Positions 7,682 through 17,209 of a DNA stretch of 50,783 bases are shown one piece after another. The position numbers and the translations under genes are program-made. Source of the stretch: an uncultured Candidatus Saccharibacteria bacterium (lineage in GTDB: Bacteria > Patescibacteriota > Saccharimonadia > Saccharimonadales > JALRHH01); NCBI GenBank assembly GCA_964639295.1, contig CAZXDT010000001.1, forward strand, positions 1 through 50,783. Reading direction: 5' to 3'. Under the pieces are notes generated by a model, which had not been told where the DNA came from, did not search any database, and was given only the letters and a program-made list of their open reading frames with translations. The stretch's first letter is position 1. Each line of letters starts with the position of its first letter.

Positions 7682-9976
7682 ATGCGTATGAAGTTAAGCA
7701 CTGATACGACCCAGGAAGCCTTATGGCTTTCGGGCGGTGGAGAAATGGGCAAGCTTATTCGGGAGAAAGACTGGAGTAAAACTCCTTTTGGTCCGATTGA
7801 GACTTGGCCAGCATCATTACGAACAATGCTGGGCGTAGTGCTTAATAGCCGATTTCCAATGCTCATCTGGTGGGGGCCAGATCTTCTACACCTTTATAAT
7901 GATGCATACACCCCCATCTTAAGGGAAAAGCACCCAGCTTCACTGGGTGCGCCAGCGGCAAAGATATGGGCAGAAGTGTGGGATGTAGCAGGTCCAATGG
8001 CTAGGGGTGTCCAGAATGGTGGCCCGGCAACCTGGACAGAAGATTTGCAGTTATTCATTAAGAGTGGAGATATGGATGAGGAAACATATTTTACCTTCTC
8101 ATACAGTCCTATTATTGGCGAAGATGGCAAAGTCGCTGGTCTGCTCAATACCGTCCGTGAAACTACTAACGAAGTTCTGAACGGACGTAGACTACAGATA
8201 CTTCACGACCTTGCTGCCCGCGCTGGTGACACGAAGTCAGAAGCGGATGCTTATCAGCAATGCATGGAAGTATTGTCCGAGCGCGAATTAGACATTCCGT
8301 TTGCGCTACTATATACAATTAATGATGATAGAACTGCTGCGCAACTTGTTGGCTCTGCTGGTGTAAAGAAATACAAAGGAAAAATAAAAGCTAATAAGAT
8401 ACCACTAGCCCAGAAAGACCCTAGTCAGTGGCCAATCAAAGACGCATTACGCGACTTAGACACCGTGGTTGTGAAAGATTTAGACAAACGGTTTGGCTCG
8501 TTGCCACTTGGAAGCTGGCAAGGAAGACCTACAAAAGCGTTAATCTTGCCTATCATGCATGCAGGCTGGGCTGTACCGGAGACATTCTTGATACTTGGTG
8601 TCAGCCCCCATAGAAAGTTGGATGACAGGAAACGTTACTTTTTCCGTGGAGTTGCTGATCAGGTAGGAGCAGCAATAACTAGTGCACGAGCTTACGAATC
8701 CGAGAAAAAACGTGCAGAGGAGCTTGCCGAACTGGATAGGCTTAAGACAGTGTTCTTTACAAACATTAGTCATGAATTCCGAACGCCACTTACTCTTATG
8801 CTTGGTCCACTTTCAGAAAGTCTTGCTGATGAGTCGTTGTCAAAAGAACGGCTTAGACAGCTAGAGCTTGTTCGACGCAGTACCTATCGGTTACAGCGTC
8901 TAGTTAATAATTTACTAGATTTTTCGAGCCTTGAAGCAGGGACTATGCAGTCATTCTTTCAACCCGTTGAATTGGGTAGCGTGACCGCTGAACTGGCAAG
9001 CTCATTCCATTCTGCTATGGATAGTGGTGGTCTCAAGTTTAAGATCCATTGTCCTCCTCTAAAGAAAAAGGTGTATGTTGACTACGCTGCTTGGGAGAAA
9101 ATTGTGTTTAACCTTATCTCTAACGCCTTAAAGTACACCCTCAAAGGAACGGTAGAAGTGACTTTGCGTGAGAAGGGAAAGTTTGTAGAACTTGAAGTCA
9201 GAGATACTGGCCACGGTATACCATCAACGGAATTACCACATCTTTTTGAAAGATTTCACCGTGTCAGAGGGATAAAATCACGCAGTATAGAAGGCTCAGG
9301 TATCGGTCTAGCTATGACTAATGAGCTTGTTAAGCTACATGGTGGCAAGATTATTGTAAAAAGTTCATACGGCAACGGAACATCGTTCATAGTTATAATC
9401 CCTTCAGGAAAAGCACACCTACCGAAGACTCAGGTTGTTGAAACGGAGGATGATATTGTTAGTACATCTCAGTCTACGGCTATGGCATATCTTGATGAAG
9501 CTCGGAGCTGGACAACCAAACAAACAAGTGACGATATTGAAGCAATAAAGAAGCTACGAACTGTTAAAAGTCGTGCCAATGAGACCATACTGATTGTTGA
9601 TGATAATGCAGATATGCGTGAATATATACGCCGCATTCTAGATGCAAATACCAGTTTGTCAGTAGTCACCGCAACAAACGGCAAGCAGGCTCTCAAAATG
9701 ATTGCCAAACAGATGCCAAGTTTGATCATAACTGACATCATGATGCCGGAGATGGACGGTTTTGAGCTGGTAACCACGATCCGAAAAGATTCTAAGGCAA
9801 CTCAAGTGCCAATCATATTCTTGTCTGCTAGAGCGGGGGAAAAAGAAAGAGTATCTGGTATAGCTGAAGGCGTGGACGACTATCTAGTTAAGCCATTTTC
9901 CCGCGATGAGTTGGTCGCACATGTACTTACCAGGCTTAACCTGACGACACTCAGAAACAAAGGTAAGAGTAAATAA
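7682..9976 (+). CDS. hybrid sensor histidine kinase / response regulator (PAS/GAF-like sensor - HisKA - HATPase - REC)
   Basis: H-box ISHEFRTPLTLMLG, N-box LISNALKYT, G-boxes VRDTGHGIP and GSGIGLAM. The C-terminal receiver carries ILIVDDNADM...ITDIMMPEMDGFEL...VKPF. The exact start Met (7682, 7688 or 7745) is uncertain. Confidence 0.85.
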   Translation: MRMKLSTDTTQEALWLSGGGEMGKLIREKDWSKTPFGPIETWPASLRTMLGVVLNSRFPMLIWWGPDLLHLYNDAYTPILREKHPASLGAPAAKIWAEVWDVAGPMARGVQNGGPATWTEDLQLFIKSGDMDEETYFTFSYSPIIGEDGKVAGLLNTVRETTNEVLNGRRLQILHDLAARAGDTKSEADAYQQCMEVLSERELDIPFALLYTINDDRTAAQLVGSAGVKKYKGKIKANKIPLAQKDPSQWPIKDALRDLDTVVVKDLDKRFGSLPLGSWQGRPTKALILPIMHAGWAVPETFLILGVSPHRKLDDRKRYFFRGVADQVGAAITSARAYESEKKRAEELAELDRLKTVFFTNISHEFRTPLTLMLGPLSESLADESLSKERLRQLELVRRSTYRLQRLVNNLLDFSSLEAGTMQSFFQPVELGSVTAELASSFHSAMDSGGLKFKIHCPPLKKKVYVDYAAWEKIVFNLISNALKYTLKGTVEVTLREKGKFVELEVRDTGHGIPSTELPHLFERFHRVRGIKSRSIEGSGIGLAMTNELVKLHGGKIIVKSSYGNGTSFIVIIPSGKAHLPKTQVVETEDDIVSTSQSTAMAYLDEARSWTTKQTSDDIEAIKKLRTVKSRANETILIVDDNADMREYIRRILDANTSLSVVTATNGKQALKMIAKQMPSLIITDIMMPEMDGFELVTTIRKDSKATQVPIIFLSARAGEKERVSGIAEGVDDYLVKPFSRDELVAHVLTRLNLTTLRNKGKSK

Positions 9977-10059
9977 GTATTTTGTTACTGAATATTGAGA
10001 AACAGTTTTATCTGCATGAGATTTGCTTTACACCCGGTATAAGATCAAACTAGGAAGTG

Positions 10060-11781
10060 ATGCATATCAAAATGAGGGAAAATAAATCATTTGTTAACAA
10101 GAAGAAAGTTAGTGCCGTTTTTCTCTTGATCATACTGGCAATTACCGCGGTAGTGTTGCTGTCTGAAAGACAGAACAAATTTAGAGATGTACTGCATGGC
10201 TATGATTGGTCTTATTTATCTGGTGGTAAAGTAACGCACGAAGGTGTACAAGTAAATCCACTCAACCAAAGCATAATTCACCAAGATGGCTCTAAAGCAC
10301 AGCTAAATCCTCCTGTTAATGTACGGGGACCTCACTTAGCTTTTTCTGGTGACTTTCAAGTAAGAACCATAATGCGTGGTGCTGATGACGGGGCATCTCT
10401 TCAGTTCTACGGACGCGTGCCTGTTGTATATGATGAATGGAGGCAAGAGAAACAGAGTTACAGGATAGATGTTTCTAGTAAGCGGGTTGAAACCCGTGTT
10501 TGGGATGGAGACTCGTCAGTCCCTATGGATATACGGAGCTACAACGTGGATCTTAAAGGTGATGTCTTGTTAGATATAAAACGCTCAAAGGGTCTTATAA
10601 GTGTTAGTACCAATGGAAAGATGCTTGGTTCTATGCCAGACCACAACATCTTTGCCGATGGTAATTTGTGGTTTGGCGCAGATGGTAACGATAAAGGTGA
10701 CGGCTGGCTACTTCGTAACTTGGAGGCACGCGCACTTGGCAAAGACACATTGCAAATTGTTGATTCTCCTGCCCTTGGCGTACCCCATAATGATCCAAGT
10801 TTACTGCGTAACATTGCAGATAAGTTACCTCGGAAATTGCCTATAGGAGTAGCTGTCTCGGCCAACCAGTTGTTTACTGATCAACGCTATCAAGACATCG
10901 CAATGAGCCAATTTAGCTTAGTCACACTCGAAAGCAGCCTCAAGGCACAATTTATTCATCCGGCTCCAAATAAATATAGTTTTACTGATGCGGACAACAT
11001 TGTTGACATGGCCACGGCTAATGGTCAGACAGTTCACGGTCATACTTTGGTTTTTGCAAAGTCTAACCCTTCATGGATTACAGATACGCCTGCAGCTGAG
11101 CTACCTAATGTGATGACAGACCATATTACAAATGTTGTAGGTCACTTTAAGGGTCGTATTAACTCATGGGATGTTGTGAATGAACCTTTATCAGAAAAGG
11201 ATGAGGATTACATGGATGGTGGTTTGGGGCTAAGAACTTCTTTCTGGCAGAAAACTATAGGTGAAAGTTATATCGATAAGGCATTTATTGCTGCAAGAGC
11301 AGCAGATCCATCAGCCAAACTGTATCTCAACGACTATGGCATAGAACATACAGACAAGCGGTGGGATGCGATGTTGGCTCTTGTGCAACGCTTAAAGAGC
11401 CGAGGAGTACCAATTGATGGGGTAGGTTTTGAATCACACGTCTATGATACTAAGGACCGTATTGATCTAGCTGTTTTGCAGTCTCATATACAAGCACTGG
11501 CAAATTTAGGGTTGAGCGTAAGGATTTCGGAGATTGATGTTACGGGCAAGGATCCTGGATTCCAAAGTGAACAATATACCGGAGTATTATCGGTGTGTAT
11601 AAAAGAACCAAACTGCACATCTTATACTACTTGGGGAGTATCAGATTTATATGGTTCAACTACTGTAGCTGACAGATATCCATTGCTACTAGGAACAAGT
11701 CTATTGTGGGATAAAGATATGAAGCCAAAACCAGCAGTTGCTGCTCTACAAAAAACGCTTACTATGAGTCTTGCGCAATAA
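10060..11781 (+). CDS. membrane-anchored glycoside hydrolase family 10 (endo-beta-1,4-xylanase-like) with an N-terminal beta-sandwich-like domain
   Basis: GH10 motifs HGHTLVF, WDVVNEP (acid/base Glu), LYLNDYG and ISEIDV (nucleophile Glu). An N-terminal hydrophobic anchor (VSAVFLLIILAITAVVLL) is present. The start could be GTG 10057, ATG 10060 or ATG 10072. Confidence 0.8.
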   Translation: MHIKMRENKSFVNKKKVSAVFLLIILAITAVVLLSERQNKFRDVLHGYDWSYLSGGKVTHEGVQVNPLNQSIIHQDGSKAQLNPPVNVRGPHLAFSGDFQVRTIMRGADDGASLQFYGRVPVVYDEWRQEKQSYRIDVSSKRVETRVWDGDSSVPMDIRSYNVDLKGDVLLDIKRSKGLISVSTNGKMLGSMPDHNIFADGNLWFGADGNDKGDGWLLRNLEARALGKDTLQIVDSPALGVPHNDPSLLRNIADKLPRKLPIGVAVSANQLFTDQRYQDIAMSQFSLVTLESSLKAQFIHPAPNKYSFTDADNIVDMATANGQTVHGHTLVFAKSNPSWITDTPAAELPNVMTDHITNVVGHFKGRINSWDVVNEPLSEKDEDYMDGGLGLRTSFWQKTIGESYIDKAFIAARAADPSAKLYLNDYGIEHTDKRWDAMLALVQRLKSRGVPIDGVGFESHVYDTKDRIDLAVLQSHIQALANLGLSVRISEIDVTGKDPGFQSEQYTGVLSVCIKEPNCTSYTTWGVSDLYGSTTVADRYPLLLGTSLLWDKDMKPKPAVAALQKTLTMSLAQ

Positions 11782-11809
11782 GAGATAACCCTTGGAATCA
11801 TCTCTGTTA

Positions 11810-11829
11810 TTTGGTACAATCTACCGGTT
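11810..11829 (+). promoter_or_regulatory. promoter-like block upstream of tRNA-Thr(GGT)
   Basis: TTTGGTACAATCTACCGGT includes the -10 TACAAT at 11815-11820. It is a near-duplicate of 7158-7176. Confidence 0.55.
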
Positions 11830-11846
11830 ACAAAGCAAACACATAT

Positions 11847-11921
11847 GCCGTCGTAGCTCAGTGGTAGAGCATCGCCATGGTAAGGCGGGGGTCTCGGGTT
11901 CAAGTCCCGACGACGGCTCCA
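11847..11921 (+). tRNA. tRNA-Thr (anticodon GGT), CCA encoded
   Basis: Acceptor GCCGTCG/CGACGGC, D-stem GCTC/GAGC, anticodon loop ATGGTAA, T-arm TCGGG-TTCAAGT-CCCGA. Confidence 0.9.
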
Positions 11922-12060
11922 GTATTGAAACTTCCTCCGTAATCTGTTAAGATTATTTGGATATCACTACGTGATTACGTCATTGTACTCGTAAAACAGA
12001 AGCAAGCTTCGTTTTCCTCCGTGCAATTCGTATAACATTATTATTTAAAGGTATGGAATA

Positions 12061-12267
12061 ATGGCTAAAAAAGGCGATAAGCGCAAGATTGTAGGATTGG
12101 TTTCTGAGGAAAGTGGTGCACGTCACTACTACACCAAGAAGAACACCCAGAATACGCCAGACAAGCTCGAGCTAAAGAAGTATGACCCTATTCTTCGCAA
12201 GCACGTTCTTTACGTTGAGACTAAGAAGAGTCTTGGACGTAACGAAGTAAAAGCTCGCAAGAAGTAG
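12061..12267 (+). CDS. rpmG: 50S ribosomal protein L33 (Cys-less form)
   Basis: YYTKKNTQNTPDKLELKKYDPILRKHVLYVETK matches the L33 core. The positions of the zinc-ribbon CxxC pairs are not Cys here. Confidence 0.9.
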   Translation: MAKKGDKRKIVGLVSEESGARHYYTKKNTQNTPDKLELKKYDPILRKHVLYVETKKSLGRNEVKARKK

Positions 12268-12287
12268 TTTTACGAAAGCTTACATTA

Positions 12288-12310
12288 ACAGCTCCACCGG
12301 GGCTGTTTTT
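12288..12310. terminator. hairpin terminator between convergent rpmG and the GH15 gene
   Basis: ACAGCTCC-ACC-GGGGCTGT (one G-U pair) followed by TTTTT on the + strand. Confidence 0.65.
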
Positions 12311-12327
12311 CTTTGACAAGCTTCTTG

Positions 12328-14262
12328 TCAGCCTAGTTTCATGACGTCTAGGATGGTATTGGCAAGTTCAGCATGGCTCCATACAAGTGGCGACACCGAT
12401 ATGGATGTGCCATCAGTTGGGTTAACTTGCTCTGCTAATACGCCACTTGATGTAGCATGATCCATCGTCCACGTAATGTATTGTCGAGCTTTATCCATAT
12501 TGCCAGTCCTTGCGTAGTACTGTGCCATCCAGAGTGTGGTTACAAACCATGGGTTACCCAGAAAGGTTGGATTTGATTCAAAATAGTGGTCATTTTCATA
12601 TCTTGGAGTTCCACCCGCTGGACTCTTATCGAGAAGAATATTCTCTACCTGGGTAACTGTCCTTTTGAGATTGTCTGTACTTGTGTGGAGACCAAACATC
12701 ATGACACCATACATACTCGATACGTCTAAAGTATTATCAAAGACTAATGAACCATCCTGTTGCAATAAGAATCCTTTACGAAGCAGCTCACGTTCTGGGT
12801 CAAAGAATATGTCAGAGTTACTAAGAATTTTGTTTGCACTACTTGTCCAATTCGTGGCGTCATCCGGGAAGCCAAACTTCTCTGCAAAGTCGCTCGCAAC
12901 AAGAAGTGCTTGATACACAATTGCAACCGTATAGGTGTTGGTTAAAAATTTCTCTTCCCACAGATCGTAACTAGCATGCGGGAGGCCAGTTTGCTCATCC
13001 GTAAATCCTGATAGGAAGTTGGCGGCAGGCTGTATAAGTGTGTCGTACAAGTTGCGCACAAAGTCCTCGTCATGTGAATGTTCATAATATTCACCAAGCA
13101 TGTAGATAATAGATGCAGTCTCATCTTCTTGAATGGGTAGTTCCTTATGATCTCCATGTAGTAATGGGTGCCAAGTGCTACCAATAGCCCTATCAGGCTG
13201 GTATTTGTGCATTAAATAACCACCAGGTGCTAAAACATCTCTACAGAATTCGAAGAAACGTTTAGGCTCTTCACTATAGCCGAGCCTAATTAATGGCCAC
13301 ATTGCAAACGCACCATCTCGTGGCCAAACGTAACTATAATAGTCACGACCGTAGTTATAAATTGATGAATCAGCTGATGCAATCACGCCACCACGGCGAT
13401 CTGTGTGCACTTTAATGATCATGAGAGACTTTTTAAGTGGTTCTAGGAACTCAGCGTCAAGTCCATGAAGTGTGTTTGCTCCCGTTGCAAGCCATTCGTG
13501 CCAGTGTTGACGAACGGCAGCGAGTCGGTTTGCAAGACCCTCTTTTTTGATTACTGCATGGATCTTTTCTGAGTCAAATTGTGAATCAGACGCTATAATC
13601 CAATAATTAATGACATCTGACTGTCCACCTTCGAGTTGAAGCGTATAGCGCATCACGGAATCCACACCACCGTGCTCTACAGCGCTGCCTGACAACTCTC
13701 CATCTTCTGCATCTTTATACGTTCCTTCTTTGCCTTCGATGCCATAGTTACCTACGGCAAACTGATCAAATGTGGTACCATCCTCGCGTTCACCGTAGAT
13801 CAACAGTGAACAGCGGCCTTTATAATCGAGCAAATAGTTATCGTCGGGTACAAAAAGGGCAGTATCTGCACGTCCGCTTCTGGACACTTGGAAAACTTGA
13901 TGTGTGAAAAGTCGGATTTCACGCTGGTTTTCGGCTTGGTTTCTAACGGTGATCCTACGGCAAAATGTATTTGATTCGTGATCTACAAAATCATTGAAAA
14001 GTAGCTCGACTTGCAGTTTGTCTGACTGCATGCGAATGGCGCTTATTAGAGCATCTGCTTCGAAGTTAACAGTTATGTCCCAAGATCCATCGTCAACCCA
14101 TGAAAAAGTGTTATCTACCCATACACCTATCTTGTGATGGACACTTCGTGCGGTGGTGAGGTTATCGAGCCCAACATAAGGGTAGTAAAAGTCGTGAACT
14201 AACCCTTGCTCACTTAAACCAACCGTTAGAGAGCCGTTTCCGAGCATTACGGGGCGTGCCAT
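12328..14262 (-). CDS. glycoside hydrolase family 15 (glucoamylase/glucodextranase-like)
   Basis: YSYVWPRDGAFAMWPL, GVLAEQVNP and PLVWSHAEL are GH15 catalytic-domain motifs. I set the start at ATG 14262-14260, which overlaps the GH57 stop as TAATG. The longer frame to 14310 would overlap the upstream gene by 49 nt. Confidence 0.85.
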   Translation of the reverse strand: MARPVMLGNGSLTVGLSEQGLVHDFYYPYVGLDNLTTARSVHHKIGVWVDNTFSWVDDGSWDITVNFEADALISAIRMQSDKLQVELLFNDFVDHESNTFCRRITVRNQAENQREIRLFTHQVFQVSRSGRADTALFVPDDNYLLDYKGRCSLLIYGEREDGTTFDQFAVGNYGIEGKEGTYKDAEDGELSGSAVEHGGVDSVMRYTLQLEGGQSDVINYWIIASDSQFDSEKIHAVIKKEGLANRLAAVRQHWHEWLATGANTLHGLDAEFLEPLKKSLMIIKVHTDRRGGVIASADSSIYNYGRDYYSYVWPRDGAFAMWPLIRLGYSEEPKRFFEFCRDVLAPGGYLMHKYQPDRAIGSTWHPLLHGDHKELPIQEDETASIIYMLGEYYEHSHDEDFVRNLYDTLIQPAANFLSGFTDEQTGLPHASYDLWEEKFLTNTYTVAIVYQALLVASDFAEKFGFPDDATNWTSSANKILSNSDIFFDPERELLRKGFLLQQDGSLVFDNTLDVSSMYGVMMFGLHTSTDNLKRTVTQVENILLDKSPAGGTPRYENDHYFESNPTFLGNPWFVTTLWMAQYYARTGNMDKARQYITWTMDHATSSGVLAEQVNPTDGTSISVSPLVWSHAELANTILDVMKLG

Positions 14263-15470
14263 TAGATGGTTACACCTTTCTGCGCTAAACGGAACTGCAC
14301 ATCGTGCCAAGCATTCATGAAGTTCATGTAGGCTTCGTACGGTGTTTCGTAAGGGCTAAAGTAGGCATGAATGTCACCGTCGTTAAACCATTTTGTACAC
14401 ATATAGTAAAAATGGTCAGAAGTCGTGAGTTTGCGCCAGTCATCTATTAGCTGTAGGTCGCCTGATTCCATGACTGGCTTTTGGACATCATAGAGTGCTC
14501 GAATAGCTTCTTGTTGCATAGGATTACCGAGCCAGGCTGACAAATCACGTTCAGTATCTGCCCAAGTTGTAGTGTCAGGCGTATCAACCTTATCTACTGG
14601 TTCATTGGCATCAATAACTTCGCTGACGGTCATAAATGTATTACCTTCTGTCTGGAGCCATTGCTCCGGTAAATGGTGCAGGAAGTCAAAGATACCTGAC
14701 TCACTCCACTGGTGTTCGCCAAAGGTTTCATAGTCCATAAACAAGTTAAAGTTAGTTGCGTCAGTAGTGCCATTGAGCCAGTGAGTGAACTTATCAGCAG
14801 TTAATGGCCATTCAGCCCAGTTCCTGTCACCAAATCGGAAAGCGATATCGTCTGATAGCTTGTAGTTCTTCATGAGCAGCTTGATATTCTCTGTGTACGT
14901 TGGACGATAGACAAAGTTCGGGCTACGCCAACCAAGGACTGGATCCCAACCTTCGGCCAAGATACCCTTGTACCCAGCACGATCAGCCCAGTATGCAAGA
15001 TCATTATTATAACTAAGCTCCGTATTACGGAATACTTTAGGTGTCTGTCCAAACAGTTCTTCTACTTTCTCACGGTGCATTCGTACTTGTGCCTCAAACT
15101 CGGCTTGTGAGTAGAAGAAGGCGAGACTATGGTGGTATGTTTCCCCAACTATCTCAACACGACCAGTTGCTGTCAGCTCCTGGAAAGATTTGAGACTAGC
15201 AGGTGACCACTTCTCAAGTTGCTCTAAAACAGTGCCCGTTATAGACAAGCTTAGCTTAAACTCCGGATGCTTTTCTAATAGTTCAAGCAATTTACGATTA
15301 GTAGGGATGTAGGACTTTTCGGCAACCTTGTGAGCAATGCGCTCATTATTGGTGCGGTCGTCATAAGCCGAGTCAAAGTAATTATGGCGGTTGCCGGCAT
15401 CAAAAATAGTATAGTGACCTATTCGGTATGGTTGATGGACGTGCATGTAGAGGACGATTGCCTTACTCAT
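14262..15470 (-). CDS. glycoside hydrolase family 57 (alpha-amylase / alpha-glucan branching enzyme-like)
   Basis: GH57 regions: MHVHQPYR, GRVEIVGETYHH and FMDYETFGEHQW. There is an ATGA overlap with the upstream glycosyltransferase. Confidence 0.85.
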   Translation of the reverse strand: MSKAIVLYMHVHQPYRIGHYTIFDAGNRHNYFDSAYDDRTNNERIAHKVAEKSYIPTNRKLLELLEKHPEFKLSLSITGTVLEQLEKWSPASLKSFQELTATGRVEIVGETYHHSLAFFYSQAEFEAQVRMHREKVEELFGQTPKVFRNTELSYNNDLAYWADRAGYKGILAEGWDPVLGWRSPNFVYRPTYTENIKLLMKNYKLSDDIAFRFGDRNWAEWPLTADKFTHWLNGTTDATNFNLFMDYETFGEHQWSESGIFDFLHHLPEQWLQTEGNTFMTVSEVIDANEPVDKVDTPDTTTWADTERDLSAWLGNPMQQEAIRALYDVQKPVMESGDLQLIDDWRKLTTSDHFYYMCTKWFNDGDIHAYFSPYETPYEAYMNFMNAWHDVQFRLAQKGVTI

Positions 15471-16672
15471 ACTGCTACTGCCTCTGTGTGGTGTTTATAT
15501 AGCTCGAGTAGACGATCAGCTGCTTTGTTCCAACTCAAGCGCTCGTATTCTTTCAATGAGTTGGTGTGCAATTCATCACGCAGCCCGTCATTTTGAACAA
15601 CCGCTGTGATTTGATTGGCCATTTCGTTTATATCCCAATAATCAACCTTCAGACAGTTAGTTAGTACTTCTGATACACCAGACTGTTTACTGATAAGAGC
15701 TGGTGTACCATATCCAATTGCTTCAAATGGGGTCAAACCAAAAGGTTCAGAAATAGAAGGCATAACGAATAGATCGCCAATTGCGTAGGCATCACGCCAA
15801 GTCTTGCCACGCTGGAAGCCTGTAAAAACAACGTTTCTGCCGATGCCAAGCTCTGCAGCCAGTTCTAGTAGCTCACGGTCTTGTTCACCTGAACCTACGA
15901 ACAAAAATATAGTCTTTGGAGAGCGGGCAATGACCTCTTTTGCTGCCCGCAGTAAGTTGGGTAAACCCTTTTGGATAGTCAAACGCCCCACGTTCACGAC
16001 AATTCGATACCCATGTTGCTTCATTTCTGTAAGGTAATTGTAGACATTTCCGGTATCAAGTGGCTGTACCCCGTCTAGGTCGAAACTATTGTGAATAACC
16101 TCAATCTTATCGGCTGGAATCTTGTAGTCAGCAACGATAGCATCTTTGGTCAGCTGGCTTATAGCTATGATCTTATCAGCCAGCATCATAGACATATATT
16201 CAATTTCACGAACCATTGGGTTGCCGTCATCGCCACCAGCTCTATCGCGCTCGATTGAGTGAACGTGGAGTAATAGTGGCTTGTTGGTTTTTTCCTTAGC
16301 TCGCAGGGCAGCACGGAAGGTTAGCCAATCATGGGCATGAATGACATCAAAATCGGCTAGTTCAACGATACGTTCAACCGCTTGCTCATAAATTGCACTT
16401 TGACCAAAGAGGTCTATTGACTCAATATCACCGTTTGTCTTGATGTACTTGAAGCTGTCGTAGGCGATACCGGCTTTGATGACTGCTTCGACATCCTGTG
16501 GGTGTGCAGCATTAATCCGCATAAATTCAACATCATGTTCGGCCGTGTAGGGTAGGACGAACTCAATATCGGCGCCTTTTTTGGAGAGAGCTTTACAAAG
16601 CTGGTAACATGCAACACCAAGCCCACCACTGTTATGAGGTGGTAATTCCCACCCCAACATGAGTACCTTCAT
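15467..16672 (-). CDS. GT4/GT5-type glycosyltransferase, glycogen(alpha-glucan) synthase-like
   Basis: N-terminus MKVLMLGWELPPHNSGGLGVACYQL and C-terminal EPFGLTPFEAIGYGTP (E-x7-E region). It is the first gene of the GT-GH57-GH15 operon. Confidence 0.75.
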   Translation of the reverse strand: MKVLMLGWELPPHNSGGLGVACYQLCKALSKKGADIEFVLPYTAEHDVEFMRINAAHPQDVEAVIKAGIAYDSFKYIKTNGDIESIDLFGQSAIYEQAVERIVELADFDVIHAHDWLTFRAALRAKEKTNKPLLLHVHSIERDRAGGDDGNPMVREIEYMSMMLADKIIAISQLTKDAIVADYKIPADKIEVIHNSFDLDGVQPLDTGNVYNYLTEMKQHGYRIVVNVGRLTIQKGLPNLLRAAKEVIARSPKTIFLFVGSGEQDRELLELAAELGIGRNVVFTGFQRGKTWRDAYAIGDLFVMPSISEPFGLTPFEAIGYGTPALISKQSGVSEVLTNCLKVDYWDINEMANQITAVVQNDGLRDELHTNSLKEYERLSWNKAADRLLELYKHHTEAVAV

Positions 16673-16794
16673 AACCCTCTTTGTATGCTTATGTTAATTT
16701 CCCTTTATTATAGGGAGGTTACTGAGTAGGCACAACCGTTTTCCCCAGGAAATTTGTAAATTGCAGCTTGTCAAAATCATGATATGCTTAGGTT

Positions 16795-17205
16795 ATGAGT
16801 TCACAACAAAAAATTGTCATCGTAGAAGATGACAAAATGCTCGCTGAAATCTACCAGACCTTGCTTTCTTCAAGTGGTTTTACCGCGCTTGTAGCTAACG
16901 ATGGACGCAGTGGTGCTGATCTGGTCAAGCAAGAACAGCCTGACCTTGTGCTACTGGATATTATGCTACCTGAACTTTCTGGCGATATGGTGCTTTACGA
17001 AATACGCTCGGACGAACGCACTCGTGACACAAAAGTCATTATGCTGACAAACATTAGTGAGACTGAGGCTCCAGAGGGCCTTGATAAGCTCGGATTCTCT
17101 CGTTATATCGTAAAGGCTAATCTTGTGAGTAATGAGCTGCCGGATATTTGTCGCGCAGTTATGGCTGAAACACCTGATCAAAGCGCCGAAGCAGTCGCTC
17201 TCTAA
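16795..17205 (+). CDS. single-domain response regulator (CheY-like receiver only)
   Basis: IVIVEDDKML...DLVLLDIMLPELSG...YIVKAN gives the acidic pocket, the phospho-Asp and the conserved Lys. There is no output domain. TATGCT lies 6 nt before the ATG and there is no SD. Confidence 0.85.
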   Translation: MSSQQKIVIVEDDKMLAEIYQTLLSSSGFTALVANDGRSGADLVKQEQPDLVLLDIMLPELSGDMVLYEIRSDERTRDTKVIMLTNISETEAPEGLDKLGFSRYIVKANLVSNELPDICRAVMAETPDQSAEAVAL

Positions 17206-17209
17206 CACG

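Noticed and set aside
11781-11805. The hairpin AGAGAT...ATCTCT after the GH10 gene as a terminator.
   Set aside because: It has only 6 bp, a 13-nt loop and no clean T-run, which is too weak to call.
11922-12060. Two CCTCC-containing segments (TTCCTCCGT at about 11931 and about 12015) plus an AAAAC(A)GAAG...CTTCGTTTT hairpin upstream of rpmG, considered as an anti-SD regulatory leader.
   Set aside because: The rpmG SD is only AAGG, and I could not construct a convincing SD-sequestering pairing. This may be chance in an AT-rich spacer.
14263-14310. A longer start for the GH15 gene (12328..14310).
   Set aside because: It would overlap the GH57 gene by 49 nt. The internal ATG at 14262-14260 forms a TAATG junction, and MARPVMLGNGSL is a typical GH15 N-terminus.
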